DNA of 64,000 nucleotides, from NCBI GenBank assembly GCA_037441705.1, contig JBBIRR010000012.1, forward strand, positions 15,001-79,000, given 5' to 3'. The stretch comes from Ignavibacteriales bacterium (GTDB lineage: Bacteria; Bacteroidota; Ignavibacteria; UBA10030; UBA6906). The translations under genes and the position numbers were made by a program. The notes under the pieces were generated by a model, which had not been told where the DNA came from, searched no databases, and saw nothing but the letters and a program-made list of their open reading frames with translations. Of the stretch, positions 40,704-51,679 are shown piece by piece. Position 1 is the first letter of the stretch. Each line of letters begins with the position of its first letter.

Positions 40704-41368
40704 ATCTCTTTGCGACCAAGGGGCTGGAGTACATCCTGGTCATCGCATTTCTCTTCACGCTTGTCGTGTTCTGGAGATTCCTGAATAGACAGCGGCGTCC
40801 GGCCGTAAGCAATCCAGGAAAGCCCTCACGCCTCGAGTGGTTCACGCTGGGAGATCATCTTTACTACCATCAGGGTCACACGTGGGCTAATCCCGAAGGA
40901 GCGTATGCTGCGCGGGTCGGCATTGACGACTTCGCACAAAAGTTGGTGGGAAAGATGGATTCTATTGAGCTTCCTCCTGTCGGCGCTCATCTCTTTCAGG
41001 GAGAAGTCGGGTGGAAGCTCCGTGTGGGCGACAAGGTCATTGAACTCCTCTCGCCCGTGGAAGGTGAAGTGGTCGCGATTAACGAAGAGGCGAAGAAGTC
41101 CCCTGAGCTGCTCAACCGCGATCCCTACGGCAGAGGTTGGCTCATGCTGGTCAAGCTGTCTTCGATGAGAGGCAACTTGAGGAATCTGCTTTCGGGCGCG
41201 CTCGCCGGAGCGTGGATGGAACAAACCGTTGAGCAACTTCGTCGGCGGATATCGGGCAATCTCGGCATTGCCCTTCAGGATGGTGGCGTTCCCGTGACGG
41301 GAATTGCCAAGAGTATTTCACCGGAGAAATGGGATGAGGTGGCGAAGGAGTTTCTGCTGACGAAATAG
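40685..41368 (+). CDS. Membrane-anchored GcvH-fold protein lacking the canonical lipoyl-Lys (copy 2)
   Basis: AAGGAGG RBS before ATG 40685; TM; HQGHTWA, VGIDDFAQ, SPVEG, DPYGRGWL; Asp at the lipoyl position. Confidence 0.87.
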   Translation: MGNNYVDLFATKGLEYILVIAFLFTLVVFWRFLNRQRRPAVSNPGKPSRLEWFTLGDHLYYHQGHTWANPEGAYAARVGIDDFAQKLVGKMDSIELPPVGAHLFQGEVGWKLRVGDKVIELLSPVEGEVVAINEEAKKSPELLNRDPYGRGWLMLVKLSSMRGNLRNLLSGALAGAWMEQTVEQLRRRISGNLGIALQDGGVPVTGIAKSISPEKWDEVAKEFLLTK

Positions 41369-41428
41369 TTGATTCCTGTCAGTTACTGCGATGAATTCCG
41401 GGAAATTCTTCGCCGCCATTACGCGGCA

Positions 41429-42829
41429 TCATTCCTCGAAGATCTTTCCCGGATTCAGAATGTTATGCGGATCGAACGTCCGTTTGATTTCTCTCATCAA
41501 CTTCAGATCAACGGGGGAGAGGGCAATGGGGAGATAGGCTTTCTGAGAGTAGCCGATGCCGTGCTCACCCGAAATCGTTCCGCCCAACGAAACGGTGAGG
41601 TGGAAGATCTCGCGGATGGCAGTATCCAGGTGTCTTGCCCATGCTGCGTCATCCATCTTGTCCTTCAGGATGTTCACGTGGACGTTGCCGTCGCCTGCAT
41701 GTCCGTAACAGATGGAGGTGATGCCGTACTTTCCGCAGATGTCCTTCACGCCGCGGATGAGTTTCGGCAGTGCGGCGCGTGGGACAACGGTATCTTCTTC
41801 TTTGTAGGTCGAAATCTTCTTGACCGCTTCGCCCATGCTTCTGCGCAGCGCCCACACGTCTTCGATCTTCTGGCGATCTTCGGCAAGAAGAACGTCAAGC
41901 GCGTGATGCTGTTCGACGACATCCGCAATCACTTCAATGTCTCTGACGAGAGTTTCGTCGTAGTTGCCGTCAACTTCGATCAAGAGCTGCGCTTCGGCTT
42001 CTCCGTTCGGGAACTTCTTGCCTAACTGTGTCTCTGCTGCGCGCACGGCTGCGCGCTCCATGAACTCGAGCGCCGACGGCGTGACGCCGCGTTGAAAGAT
42101 GGTTGCCACGGAGGCTACGGCGTCTTCGAGTGAGCTGAAGGCCACGAGCAAGACTTTCCTCGCGCGTGGGAGCGGAATGAGTCGGAAGATGATTTTGGTG
42201 ATGACACCGAGCGTCCCCTCGCTTCCGATGAGGAGTTGCGTCAGGTTGTACCCGCTCACGTTCTTGAGCACGTGGCCGCCCGTGTTGATGATCTCTCCGG
42301 TGGGCAGGACGGCTTCGAGACCGAGAACGTAATCCTTTGTCACGCCGTACTTTACAGCCCTCGGCCCTCCGGCACATTCTGCAAGGTTGCCTCCGAGCTG
42401 AGAACTACCGCGTGAGGACGGATCCGGAGGATAGTACAGCCCACGCTTCTCACACTCCTCTTGAAATACCTGTGTGATGACGCCCGGCTCGACCACCGCC
42501 TGAAAATTCTTTTCATCGATCTCGATGATTCGCTTGAAGCGCTCCATCGAAAGCACAATGCCGCCGTACACGGGAAGCGCGCCGCCGGAGAGTCCCGTGC
42601 CGCCGCCGCGCGGCGTGACGGGGATGCGATGCGAGTTCGCGAGCTTCAGGATTTCTGCAACCTCCCCTACAGTCGAAGGCTTGACGATGGCTTCCGGCGG
42701 GAAGGAGAAGTCCTCCGTCTCATCGCGGCTGTGGAGTGCCTTTGCGTCTTCGTCGGTAAGAACAGCCTCTTCACCGACAATCTCGGCAAGTCGGTTGAGG
42801 AGCGCAGGAGTAAGTTTGTTGTACTGCAT
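41429..42829 (-). CDS. FAD-linked oxidase, GlcD/D-lactate dehydrogenase family
   Basis: PRGGGTGLSGG, YPPDPSS, GSEGTLG, GHAGDGNVH, SGEHGIG, LNPGK; start set at ATG 42829. Confidence 0.9.
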   Translation of the reverse strand: MQYNKLTPALLNRLAEIVGEEAVLTDEDAKALHSRDETEDFSFPPEAIVKPSTVGEVAEILKLANSHRIPVTPRGGGTGLSGGALPVYGGIVLSMERFKRIIEIDEKNFQAVVEPGVITQVFQEECEKRGLYYPPDPSSRGSSQLGGNLAECAGGPRAVKYGVTKDYVLGLEAVLPTGEIINTGGHVLKNVSGYNLTQLLIGSEGTLGVITKIIFRLIPLPRARKVLLVAFSSLEDAVASVATIFQRGVTPSALEFMERAAVRAAETQLGKKFPNGEAEAQLLIEVDGNYDETLVRDIEVIADVVEQHHALDVLLAEDRQKIEDVWALRRSMGEAVKKISTYKEEDTVVPRAALPKLIRGVKDICGKYGITSICYGHAGDGNVHVNILKDKMDDAAWARHLDTAIREIFHLTVSLGGTISGEHGIGYSQKAYLPIALSPVDLKLMREIKRTFDPHNILNPGKIFEE

Positions 42830-42902
42830 GGGATTGTTGTTTGGACAAATGTACGAAGTTTCTTGCAAAGGGAAAACCGCACGAGTGGGCGTGGGTGGAC
42901 GT

Positions 42903-43658
42903 TCAGATGCTCTCAAGGCGGGCAATAACCTCGGCAACCGAGCCACGCTCGCCAAGCCGAATGCAGTTGGTAATGGTTCCGACGACAGGCCCGGGGTGCT
43001 GGATGGATCGCCCGATGGAGGCGACGGCTTCATCGAGGGTTGCAATGGCAGAAGCCTTTGCCGGTTCATCAAGAAACGCAAGATGTTGGGCCGTAAGCCA
43101 TGCACTGCGCCGCGCAACGCCGATGCTGAAGTTGATCACTTCCTCATCGTTCCTTCCGCCAATCCAATCTAACAACTTTAACATAGGCCAGACGTTCGTA
43201 AGGGCGGATTGGACGGTATCAACAAGTGAAGCGAGAATCCGATTGATCTTCTCGAAGTCGTTCTTCAAACCGTGAATCGTCTGGCCCGGTGCCGTCTCTG
43301 CTGCGGCAATGCCCAGGTCAAGATTGATGTGTGCGTTGATGCCGAGGAGAAGATGCTGAAGGACGATCGCCCACCGATCGTCGGATGCAGTGAAGGCAAC
43401 GTGCCACGCCCTTGTCACCGGAGTGCCGGCGCGATATGACTCGAACGCGCGAAGGTAGCGGTTGGCGAAGAGGACATCGAGGCGTTCCATGCGCGGCCCG
43501 TTCTCGAATGAATTCTTGCCGATTCCTTCTTTCACCTGCTGCGTGACCTTGCGATATAACGCGGGAAAGTAGCCGAGCCGGCTGCCGCACTCACGAGACC
43601 AGGCAATGATCTCGTCGAGCTGCTGGATGACCTCGTCTATTGTTCGTGCTTCGGGCAC
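42903..43658 (-). CDS. DUF5995-family protein
   Basis: GYFPALYRKVT, LDVLFANRYL, LLLGINAHINLDL. Confidence 0.75.
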   Translation of the reverse strand: MPEARTIDEVIQQLDEIIAWSRECGSRLGYFPALYRKVTQQVKEGIGKNSFENGPRMERLDVLFANRYLRAFESYRAGTPVTRAWHVAFTASDDRWAIVLQHLLLGINAHINLDLGIAAAETAPGQTIHGLKNDFEKINRILASLVDTVQSALTNVWPMLKLLDWIGGRNDEEVINFSIGVARRSAWLTAQHLAFLDEPAKASAIATLDEAVASIGRSIQHPGPVVGTITNCIRLGERGSVAEVIARLESI

Positions 43659-43667
43659 AGAGGGCCG

Positions 43668-44384
43668 TTACTCTTGTTGAGGGGCCGACTCCGGCAGTTT
43701 CACGGAGGGCGGATCGTAGCCGACAACGGAACCCGCACGAATGCGGGCAAGGAACGGTGAGACCGTTGCACCGGGCAGCGTACGTACATTGTCTTCGATC
43801 TTGATCATGCCGATGCCCGTACCCGCGCCGATGGTGCAGTTGGAGCCGATCTCCACAAGTCCGTAGCGAAACTTGCCGCACCCTTCATACGCGTGGCAGG
43901 TAATGCGCGTGAACGCGCCGAGCAGCGTGTTGTCGCCGATGAAGATGAGTTCGGGGCGGAAATGATCAAGCCACGCCATCTGCATAATCTCCACGTTGCG
44001 TCCGATGTGGCATCCCATCCACCGATACCATCGGTTCTTGAACGGCGTGCCCTTCATGAAGAACGAAACGCCGACTTGAAACTGGACAAGGATTCTTCGC
44101 CACAACGGAAGATTGATCTTCCGCCAATTGATGGCGTTCGGCTCTTCGGGAGCGCCCAGACCCGAGAAGGTGTAGTGACGCGCGGGCGAAGCAAAGAACT
44201 TCTCAAGGTTTGTTCTTCCTTCAGCCGTTCGCGGATCGAGTGTGCTGATGTCAATCCCCTTGCCTTTCGCCGTCTTGCTGATAAAGATCGTTCGCCTGTT
44301 TCGTCGGGCAAGTTTCAGCGCGCGCAGAATCATATCGGTGGTTACCTTGCGCATTACCTCCTCGGGTGTCTGTGCATGAGTCAT
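43668..44384 (-). CDS. Hexapeptide-repeat (left-handed beta-helix) acyltransferase-like protein
   Basis: GCHIGRNV, LIFIGDNTLLG, VEIGSNCTIG, IKIEDNV repeats. Confidence 0.75.
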   Translation of the reverse strand: MTHAQTPEEVMRKVTTDMILRALKLARRNRRTIFISKTAKGKGIDISTLDPRTAEGRTNLEKFFASPARHYTFSGLGAPEEPNAINWRKINLPLWRRILVQFQVGVSFFMKGTPFKNRWYRWMGCHIGRNVEIMQMAWLDHFRPELIFIGDNTLLGAFTRITCHAYEGCGKFRYGLVEIGSNCTIGAGTGIGMIKIEDNVRTLPGATVSPFLARIRAGSVVGYDPPSVKLPESAPQQE

Positions 44385-44411
44385 GAGGCGGTGTCTTTCA
44401 TGTGAGTGCTC

Positions 44412-47400
44412 TTACGGCCTTTGGGCATCCAGCACCTGCCGAACCGTGAGGAGCATGCTATCGGGCCGGTAGGGTTTCTGGATAAACTCCAGAACCCCGA
44501 GCGCCTGAAGATCCGATCTGACGGCAGGGTCGATGAAACCGCTGGCGATCACAATATTGGCGGCCGGATTCATTTCACGCATTCTGCGGGCTACCTCCGA
44601 GCCTTCCAGTCTTGGCAAGCCGAGATCGCAGATGACAAGGTCAATTGTCGCCCCGTGTTTGGCGTATTGTGCAACACCCTCTTCACCATCTCTTGCCGAA
44701 AGAACACGATATCCTTTTGACGAGAGAACAAGCTCTGCAAGATTACGAAGCATCTCCTCATCCTCCACCAACAGAATCGTCTCGGTGCCACCGGGTATTT
44801 CTGCCGTCATCACCTGTCGAGTTTCCTCCGACAAGCCGAATCGCTCGTCAATCGGGAGGTAGATGTGGAAGGTACTTCCCCGGCCCGGCCTGCTGTCCAC
44901 TTCGATAAAACCGTTGTGCGTTTCAATGATACTGTAGACGAGGGCGAGTCCCAGGCCGGTTCCTTTGCCGGGACCTTTTGTTGTAAAGAAGGGATCGAAG
45001 ATGCGCTGCCGTGTTTGTTCATCCATGCCGATGCCGGTGTCGGCGACCTCGAGATGAACGTACTGACTGCCACCGGCTTTGGGGAACTTCGCTGCAAGGC
45101 GGTCGGCCGGTACAGTAGAGCTTCGGATGGACAGCAAGCCGCCCTTGGGCATTGCATCTCGTGCGTTCACGCAGAGGTTGAGCAGGACTTGATGCATCTG
45201 CGTTGCATCAGCGACGATCGGAGGGAGACCGGGTTGAAGCGTCGTGTCAATCTCTATTGTTTTTGGGAAGGTTCCCCGAATGAGTTTCGTCACCTCTTGA
45301 ATACTGTCGTTGAGGAGAACGGACTCCATGACGGTCTCCGTTTTCCGGGCGAAGGTGAGCAACTGTCGCACCAACGACGCGCCGCGTTGCGTTGCCTTGT
45401 TGATGGCCTCGATCGTCTGAGAAAGTTTCTTAAAGGTCACCGGGCCTTGTTCGAGCACGGACGTGTAGCCGAGAATGATGCCGAGGATGTTGTTGAAATC
45501 ATGGGCGATACCGCCGGCAAGTGTCCCAAGGCTCTCCATCTTCTGCGCCTGGCGAAGCTGCTCCTCCAGAAGTTTCCTCGGCGTGTCGTCGAAGAGGTAC
45601 GATTGAATCCGCTGCAGCGCTCCATCGCTGTCGAAGATACCGATAATGTTCGAGATGACATAGACAGGACGGCCGCTGCGATGTCGCAATTCGAGGGGGT
45701 GATATTTTAGCGTACGCTCGCGTATCAACAACTCGATCACCTCTTTTTGTTTTTCGGGACTTGGCCAGAGGTGAGTAATGTTGGTTTGCATGGCTTCCTC
45801 TTCGGAGGCGAAGCCGAACATCCTGACATACGCGGGATTGCACATGAGCACACGCCCGTCGGGCGAAACCACGATATCGGCAGTCAGGTCTTGCTCAAAG
45901 AACGTACGGTATCTCTCCTCACTTTCGCGGAGAGCTTCTTCGGCCCTCTTACGATCGGTGATATCGAAGGCCGTCCCCACCCCGGCCGTTTTCCCCTCGA
46001 ACTCAATGATGCCCGCGGTGAAGTCGAGCCAGCGTTCTTCTCCATTCTTGGTGAGAATCTTGAACTCGTAGCGGGACGGGACGGACTCTCCTCGCTGGCG
46101 GGCAAGGCCTCGCGCTCGAATCATCTCCCGATGGTCCGGATGTACAAGGTCCCAGAACTTCATGCGCACAAGTTCTTCTTCGGAGTATCCGGTGAGTGTA
46201 ACCGCATACCTGTTGACATACCTGAAATACTCGTCTTGATAGATGAAGATCGCTGTTGCGGCGGTTTCGGCGACGGTGCGGAATTTCGCCTCGCTCTCAC
46301 GCAGCGCCTGCTCTGCTCGCTTCCGCTCGGAGATGTCGCTGGCAACCCCGATGAGCGCCATAGGATTTCCATGATCGTCCTTGACCACAGAAGTAGAAAG
46401 GAAGATGGGAAACTCCGTTCCGTCCTTTCGGCGGTTTATCAGTTCGCCGCGCCAGCCACCGCGAAGTGTTCCGGGACGAATCTCCTGATACACGGTGGCC
46501 GGCGTTTGCGGAGAGCGCAGAATATTCACGTGCTTGCCGAGCAGTTCGTCGGGCGTGTAGCCGTACGTCTTCAGGAATGCGTCGTTCACGAACATCAGAT
46601 TGTCCTGCATGTCCGTAATACTGACGGCTTCATCAATACTGCGCAGGGCATGCGCAAGCATGTCGATTTGTTTGCCGGCGCGTTTCCACTCCGTAACATC
46701 CCGTGCCACCCACAACGTCTCCGTATCGCCCATCGGCGAGATGGAAGTAGAAAACCACAGTTTGCGCCCGCGGATCGTGAGTTCGTACTCGATGATAGTC
46801 GTCTGCTGCACGGCGAGGGTGTGGCGGATGGCTTGGAGAAAGCGGTCAGCTTGCTCGGGCGGAAAAATCTCGTGCAGATGCTTGCCGAGAAGTTCCTCTG
46901 CCGGCCTGTAGAGAAGTTCGGGGCGAGTAGGCGCGATGCGACGATAAACGCCGTCTCGGTCGAGTACCATCACGACGTCGTGCATGGCGGCGAACAACGC
47001 GCGCAGCTCAGCCTCGGACGCGGCAAGTGCCTCCTCTGTCCGTTTGCGTGCGGTGATGTCCTCCACCAGCGCCTGCACGCACGGCTTCCCCTGCATGTCG
47101 ATCGGCGTGAGGGTCAGAAGCGTTTCGTAGGGCGTTCCGTCTTTCCGCTTGAACTTGACGGGAAGCTGGCGCACAAATCCCTGCTGCTGAAGCAGCGCAA
47201 GGGCCTCCGTACGCTGGGCGGGGTCGTAGTAAAGCGCGGCGACGTTCCCCAAACGCCTGATATCTTCCGGAGTATACCCGCCCTGCTCCAGCATTGTTTT
47301 GTTGAAGATGAGAAGACTGCCCTCGCGATCCGCAACGCCGATACCGATGGGGGCAGCTTCAAACAACGTACGATACTGCGTTTCGCGCTCGCGCAGCGCG

Positions 47401-49520
47401 TCCTCGGCGCGTTTGCGTTCGACCTCTCGCTGGTATGCTTCCAGCGCGAACGAGATATCCATCGCCAGCTCGTCGAGAAGCTGAACCTCTTCTTCGGTGA
47501 AGTATCCGGGTTCGCCTGCATACAAACTGTACACACCAATCGTCCTGTCTCCGCGTTTCAAGGGGAAAGCTGCGAACGCTCGGAATCCCTCACGCAGCGC
47601 CTGCTCTCGCCAGGCCGGAAGGCACGGACCGTGCTCAATGTCGTTGCAGATGACATGCGTTCCTTGCCGGAATGCGTTCAGGATGGGACAGTGCGCATCT
47701 TCAAGCGACAGATGAAGTCCTTGCAGAAAGGTCGTGTTCGGCCCTGCATGGGCCGCCGGTTCAATCTTGTTGGTTGCCGCGTTGTACACCCCGACCCACG
47801 CAAAACGCAAGCCTCCTTTCTCCACGGCGATGCGGCATGCTTCGGCAAACAGTTGCTGCGGCTCGTTCAGGCGCACGATGGCCTGATTGATTTCAATGAG
47901 GACGGCATAAACGCGGTTGAGATGGCGAATCCGTTCTTCGGCGCGTTTTCGCTCCGTGATGTCGATCAGCGTGCCGATGATGGCGGGTTTGCCTCTGTGC
48001 TCCAGGCGCGAACCGAACACCTCGACAAAAATAGTGCTTCCGTTTTTCTGCACGGCCCGGAACTCGTATCGGATATTCGGAATGTCGCCTCGCTCGCGGC
48101 GGCGGATGTTCTCTTGTACAAGGGCGCGGTCGTCGGGATGGGTGAGTTCGATCGGTCCTATTTTCCCCACGATCTCTCCCGGTTCATAACCAAAGATACG
48201 TTCGAACGCGGGGTTCACATAGTGAAAGAGATTATCCTGAAAGAGATAGATGCCGGTGAGGGATGACTCGGCAAGAGTTCGAAATTGCTCCTCGTTTTCG
48301 CGAAGTGCATCCAGAGCGCGTTTCTGCTGCGTAATGTCTCGCGTAATGCACAGAACATCGGCCATCGGTTTATGTTTAGATCGCAAGGGAACGGCGTGGG
48401 TCTCCATCCAGCGGGATGCCCCTCGCAGTCCGACGATCTGAAATTCGATGGAGCCTGAGTCACCGTTTGCGACGCGCTGCAGAAGCCGTGCATAGCCCTC
48501 GCGATGTTCGGCCACAATGAGCGGGAAAACAGATTTGCCGGCTACTGCCTCAAAGCTCTCGGCCTCAATCATGCGCAAGCCCGCCGGGTTCATTTGCAGA
48601 AGCGTACCATCGGGTGTCACGACTTTGACGCACTCGGGTTCGGCTTCGAGAATTGCCCGGAGACGCTCTTCGCGCTCGCGCAGCACATCTTCCGCCTCCT
48701 TCCGTTCGGTGATGTCTTCTGCCGCACCGTAGATGCGAATCACGCGTTGCTGCTGTTTGTCCCACACCGGCACGGCAACATCGCGCAGCCATCGCGAGGT
48801 ACCGGCTCGTGTCACGAAACGCATCTCGCACACATCCGGCTGGCCGGCAATCACCGCGGAAGCATGGCGAAGGGCAAGCGGGAGGTCATCGCGGTGTACC
48901 ACGATCTGCCATCCTCCTTTGCTCTCAAGTTCCTCCAGCGTGTAGCCAAACACCTGTGTGAACGAATCGGTTACCCACTCTCCCTTCAACGTTCCATCGG
49001 GTCCAACACTGAAAGCATACGCATAGTCCGTGATGAGATGAGAGATGTGGCTGAATCGTTCCTCGCTTTCCCGCTGGCCGGACTCGGCCTCTTTACGATC
49101 AGTGATATCCTCGATAGCAAGAAGGATGAGATTCGGACGCCCGTTGTTTCCATGCAGCCGTCTGGCATTGAGCAACATCGTCCGTCGTCCGAGTTGCTGG
49201 AACTCGTGTTCGACCTCGTAGTCATCAAAATGACTGTTCGACAGGAGGATGTTCTCCAGCAGCAGCCGCAGCTTGGGAATGTCCCACTGGCGATTGCCTA
49301 AATCGTACACTTTCTTGCCGATGGTGTCTTCCGGCTGGACGTGAAAAGTTCTGTAAAACGATCGGTTGGCGGCAACGACGGTGAGAGCGTCATCGAGGAC
49401 GAGCAATGCTTCATGCATTGTTTCCACGATGCTTTCGGCAATCTCACCGGAGAGGATAGAATCGTACTCCATGGTCATCGTTGCTTGGAGGGTGTTTCTG
49501 TTCGATTGTGAATATGTCAA
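44412..49520 (-). CDS. Cytoplasmic hybrid histidine kinase: about 9 PAS + GAF + HisKA + HATPase + receiver
   Basis: Repeated DIT.RK.AE linkers; [36 protein letters not shown]; no TM; true start may be about 49472-49478. Confidence 0.93.
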   Translation of the reverse strand: MTYSQSNRNTLQATMTMEYDSILSGEIAESIVETMHEALLVLDDALTVVAANRSFYRTFHVQPEDTIGKKVYDLGNRQWDIPKLRLLLENILLSNSHFDDYEVEHEFQQLGRRTMLLNARRLHGNNGRPNLILLAIEDITDRKEAESGQRESEERFSHISHLITDYAYAFSVGPDGTLKGEWVTDSFTQVFGYTLEELESKGGWQIVVHRDDLPLALRHASAVIAGQPDVCEMRFVTRAGTSRWLRDVAVPVWDKQQQRVIRIYGAAEDITERKEAEDVLREREERLRAILEAEPECVKVVTPDGTLLQMNPAGLRMIEAESFEAVAGKSVFPLIVAEHREGYARLLQRVANGDSGSIEFQIVGLRGASRWMETHAVPLRSKHKPMADVLCITRDITQQKRALDALRENEEQFRTLAESSLTGIYLFQDNLFHYVNPAFERIFGYEPGEIVGKIGPIELTHPDDRALVQENIRRRERGDIPNIRYEFRAVQKNGSTIFVEVFGSRLEHRGKPAIIGTLIDITERKRAEERIRHLNRVYAVLIEINQAIVRLNEPQQLFAEACRIAVEKGGLRFAWVGVYNAATNKIEPAAHAGPNTTFLQGLHLSLEDAHCPILNAFRQGTHVICNDIEHGPCLPAWREQALREGFRAFAAFPLKRGDRTIGVYSLYAGEPGYFTEEEVQLLDELAMDISFALEAYQREVERKRAEDALRERETQYRTLFEAAPIGIGVADREGSLLIFNKTMLEQGGYTPEDIRRLGNVAALYYDPAQRTEALALLQQQGFVRQLPVKFKRKDGTPYETLLTLTPIDMQGKPCVQALVEDITARKRTEEALAASEAELRALFAAMHDVVMVLDRDGVYRRIAPTRPELLYRPAEELLGKHLHEIFPPEQADRFLQAIRHTLAVQQTTIIEYELTIRGRKLWFSTSISPMGDTETLWVARDVTEWKRAGKQIDMLAHALRSIDEAVSITDMQDNLMFVNDAFLKTYGYTPDELLGKHVNILRSPQTPATVYQEIRPGTLRGGWRGELINRRKDGTEFPIFLSTSVVKDDHGNPMALIGVASDISERKRAEQALRESEAKFRTVAETAATAIFIYQDEYFRYVNRYAVTLTGYSEEELVRMKFWDLVHPDHREMIRARGLARQRGESVPSRYEFKILTKNGEERWLDFTAGIIEFEGKTAGVGTAFDITDRKRAEEALRESEERYRTFFEQDLTADIVVSPDGRVLMCNPAYVRMFGFASEEEAMQTNITHLWPSPEKQKEVIELLIRERTLKYHPLELRHRSGRPVYVISNIIGIFDSDGALQRIQSYLFDDTPRKLLEEQLRQAQKMESLGTLAGGIAHDFNNILGIILGYTSVLEQGPVTFKKLSQTIEAINKATQRGASLVRQLLTFARKTETVMESVLLNDSIQEVTKLIRGTFPKTIEIDTTLQPGLPPIVADATQMHQVLLNLCVNARDAMPKGGLLSIRSSTVPADRLAAKFPKAGGSQYVHLEVADTGIGMDEQTRQRIFDPFFTTKGPGKGTGLGLALVYSIIETHNGFIEVDSRPGRGSTFHIYLPIDERFGLSEETRQVMTAEIPGGTETILLVEDEEMLRNLAELVLSSKGYRVLSARDGEEGVAQYAKHGATIDLVICDLGLPRLEGSEVARRMREMNPAANIVIASGFIDPAVRSDLQALGVLEFIQKPYRPDSMLLTVRQVLDAQRP

Positions 49521-49643
49521 GCAGGCGAGGCTGCATGCTTCGTGAAGATACAGAACTCCCAGTTCAGAATCACTCGGCGGGCGTCACATCAAGGGAGCTC
49601 GGCCAGTTTGGCGCGCGCCGTAGAGTGCGGCGATGCCGGCGGT

Positions 49644-51221
49644 TCATTTGCGTGGAATCCGTTCTGATCTCATCGCAGCATGATAGGCAAAGATGGCCAT
49701 GATGACGGCACTCTGCTGGAGGTCCTTCGGCACGATGCGGTCGGCGACATCCATCGTCGAGTGATGGGTGAGTGTGCTATATTCGATGTGATCCTGAATG
49801 AACTGGAAGGCGGGAAGTCCAATCTGGTCAAACGAAATGTGATCCGTCGAGCCGGTACTGCGCAGCGTCAGCGTCTGCGCACTCGGGTCACCGATGGCGG
49901 TCAGCCATTTGCGAAAGATCGGCCGGACCGCTTCATTGCCCTGTAAGTACACGCCGCGGAAGCGACCGGTGCCGTTATCATCATTGAAGTACGCGTAGAA
50001 TTTCTCTCCCTGCGGTGTCAGCGTCGGCGGTTGTGTGCTGTCGCCTCGTGTGCCCAGATATTTTTTCACATAAGCTTGAGAGCCGAGAAGTCCCTGCTCC
50101 TCGCCGCCCCAGAGGCCGATGCGAATGGTGCGTCGCGGTTTGAGGTCCAACGCACGCAGGATGCGCATGGCTTCAAGACAGACGGCGGAGCCGCTTGCGT
50201 TATCCGTCGCGCCCGTGCCGCCGTGCCATGAATCCAGATGCGCGCCGATCATCACCACCTCATCGGCAAGGTCTGATCCGGGAATTTCGCCGATGACGTT
50301 GTAGCCCGAATCTACAGGACCGAAGGTGACATCGAGATGCATTTCGATCCGCACGCGCTCGCCGCGTTGAAGCAGGCGGGCGAGCCTGTTGTAGTGTTCC
50401 GCCGCCACCGCTATCTGCGGAATGATGGGAGCGACCTTCTTTTCCCAGACGCGCGGGCGTCGCGCGAAGGGCGTATCCGGGTGGCTGGGAACGAATGCCT
50501 GCTGGACGAAAATCGTCCCGCCATCGCCGCGGCTTGGTGCCAGCAGAGCGGCGGCACCTTCCTGGTAAAGCATCAACAGTTTTTTGTACTCGATCAGTGC
50601 ACTGGCGCGGCCTTCCGGCGTAAGCGCTCCGCGACGGAAGCGGCGCGGCGGAGAAACGTCCGCGTTGGCCATGTCGAGCAACGTCGTGTCATGGATTCGC
50701 GAAGCGCGCGGCTCAAACGCAGGCTCCAACTGCCGCGGTTCGTTCATGAGAATGAACTTGCCCTTGAGTTTTCCGCGGAAGGTTTCGAGCGCGCTGTCCG
50801 TTGTTGCATCGAAGTAGAGTGCTTCACCCTGCACAGTTCCCTTCGTGCCGGGCGACCATGCACGGGGGTAGGAAAGGAGAGGAAATACATCCGGCGCGAC
50901 GACGTTTGCCCAGAATCGCTTCAGCGTCCAGCTTCGTCCGAACGGTCCCCAGCCTTCAAGATGCGCGTTTGCCACGCCCCACTCACGCAGTTTGCCTACT
51001 GCCCACGTTGCCGCCTTCATGTACTGAGGCGAGGCCGTCAGCCGAGGTCCGCACACGTCGGTTAAATAGTGCAGGAGGTCCATGACGCGCGAATTCGTCG
51101 TCCCTTCGTCCCACATTTTCCGGATTACCGTCGTATCCACTTCGTCGGTCCGTGGTCGCTGGGCCGGCGAGGACTCGACAAGAACAAAAGCGGAGATGAG
51201 CAGGATCGTCAATCGGTGCAT
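49644..51221 (-). CDS. Secreted M28-family peptidase (carboxypeptidase Q-like)
   Basis: Signal peptide; GPRLTAS, GAHLDSW, GATDNASG, GEEQGLLGS, STDH, THHS. Confidence 0.9.
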   Translation of the reverse strand: MHRLTILLISAFVLVESSPAQRPRTDEVDTTVIRKMWDEGTTNSRVMDLLHYLTDVCGPRLTASPQYMKAATWAVGKLREWGVANAHLEGWGPFGRSWTLKRFWANVVAPDVFPLLSYPRAWSPGTKGTVQGEALYFDATTDSALETFRGKLKGKFILMNEPRQLEPAFEPRASRIHDTTLLDMANADVSPPRRFRRGALTPEGRASALIEYKKLLMLYQEGAAALLAPSRGDGGTIFVQQAFVPSHPDTPFARRPRVWEKKVAPIIPQIAVAAEHYNRLARLLQRGERVRIEMHLDVTFGPVDSGYNVIGEIPGSDLADEVVMIGAHLDSWHGGTGATDNASGSAVCLEAMRILRALDLKPRRTIRIGLWGGEEQGLLGSQAYVKKYLGTRGDSTQPPTLTPQGEKFYAYFNDDNGTGRFRGVYLQGNEAVRPIFRKWLTAIGDPSAQTLTLRSTGSTDHISFDQIGLPAFQFIQDHIEYSTLTHHSTMDVADRIVPKDLQQSAVIMAIFAYHAAMRSERIPRK

Positions 51222-51241
51222 GAGTGTCCCTCTGATGATCT

Positions 51242-51670
51242 TTACAAGAAATGGATGATGTTCTTCAACAAATGCAGCGTTTTCTCACTTACACGGAGCC
51301 GTGAAAGCTCTTCGGGCGCGAGCCAGGCGGCCATAGCGGCATCATCTCCTGCGACAGGCTTGCCGCTCACATACGTTGCGTTCAAATCAACAATAACATA
51401 ATGAAAAAGGATCGTGCCGCGCTCGTCTCGTTCAATTGTTTCGAACGTGAAGATCGGCTCACCGGCTTTAATGGTAATGCCGGTTTCCTCGAGCAACTCA
51501 CGCTCGGCGGCCTGTTGCAGCGTTTCGCCGAACAGCAGTCGCCCGCCGGGAATCGCCCACTCACCTTCAGCCGGCGGTCGCGCGCGCTTCACCAGAAGCA
51601 CGCGCCCGCCTTCCACCACGACGGCCCCAACGCCGACGATCGGCACGTTGAGCACGCTGGTATCCTTCAT
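51242..51670 (-). CDS. NUDIX hydrolase (ADP-ribose pyrophosphatase-like)
   Basis: Nudix box GGRLLFGETLQQAAERELLEETG. Confidence 0.9.
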   Translation of the reverse strand: MKDTSVLNVPIVGVGAVVVEGGRVLLVKRARPPAEGEWAIPGGRLLFGETLQQAAERELLEETGITIKAGEPIFTFETIERDERGTILFHYVIVDLNATYVSGKPVAGDDAAMAAWLAPEELSRLRVSEKTLHLLKNIIHFL

Positions 51671-51679
51671 TCTATCACC

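Noticed and set aside
30562-41368. Glycine cleavage system or hydrogenase-2 operon
   Set aside because: No gcvP/T/L, no lipoyl-Lys, and no NiFe subunits or maturation genes in the window
41429-42829. GlcD-like oxidase as electron donor to the redox operon
   Set aside because: Convergent orientation in a separate transcription unit; adjacency alone is not evidence
45747-48266. 839-aa plus-strand ORF
   Set aside because: Antisense to the PAS kinase; long shadow ORFs are expected at this GC content
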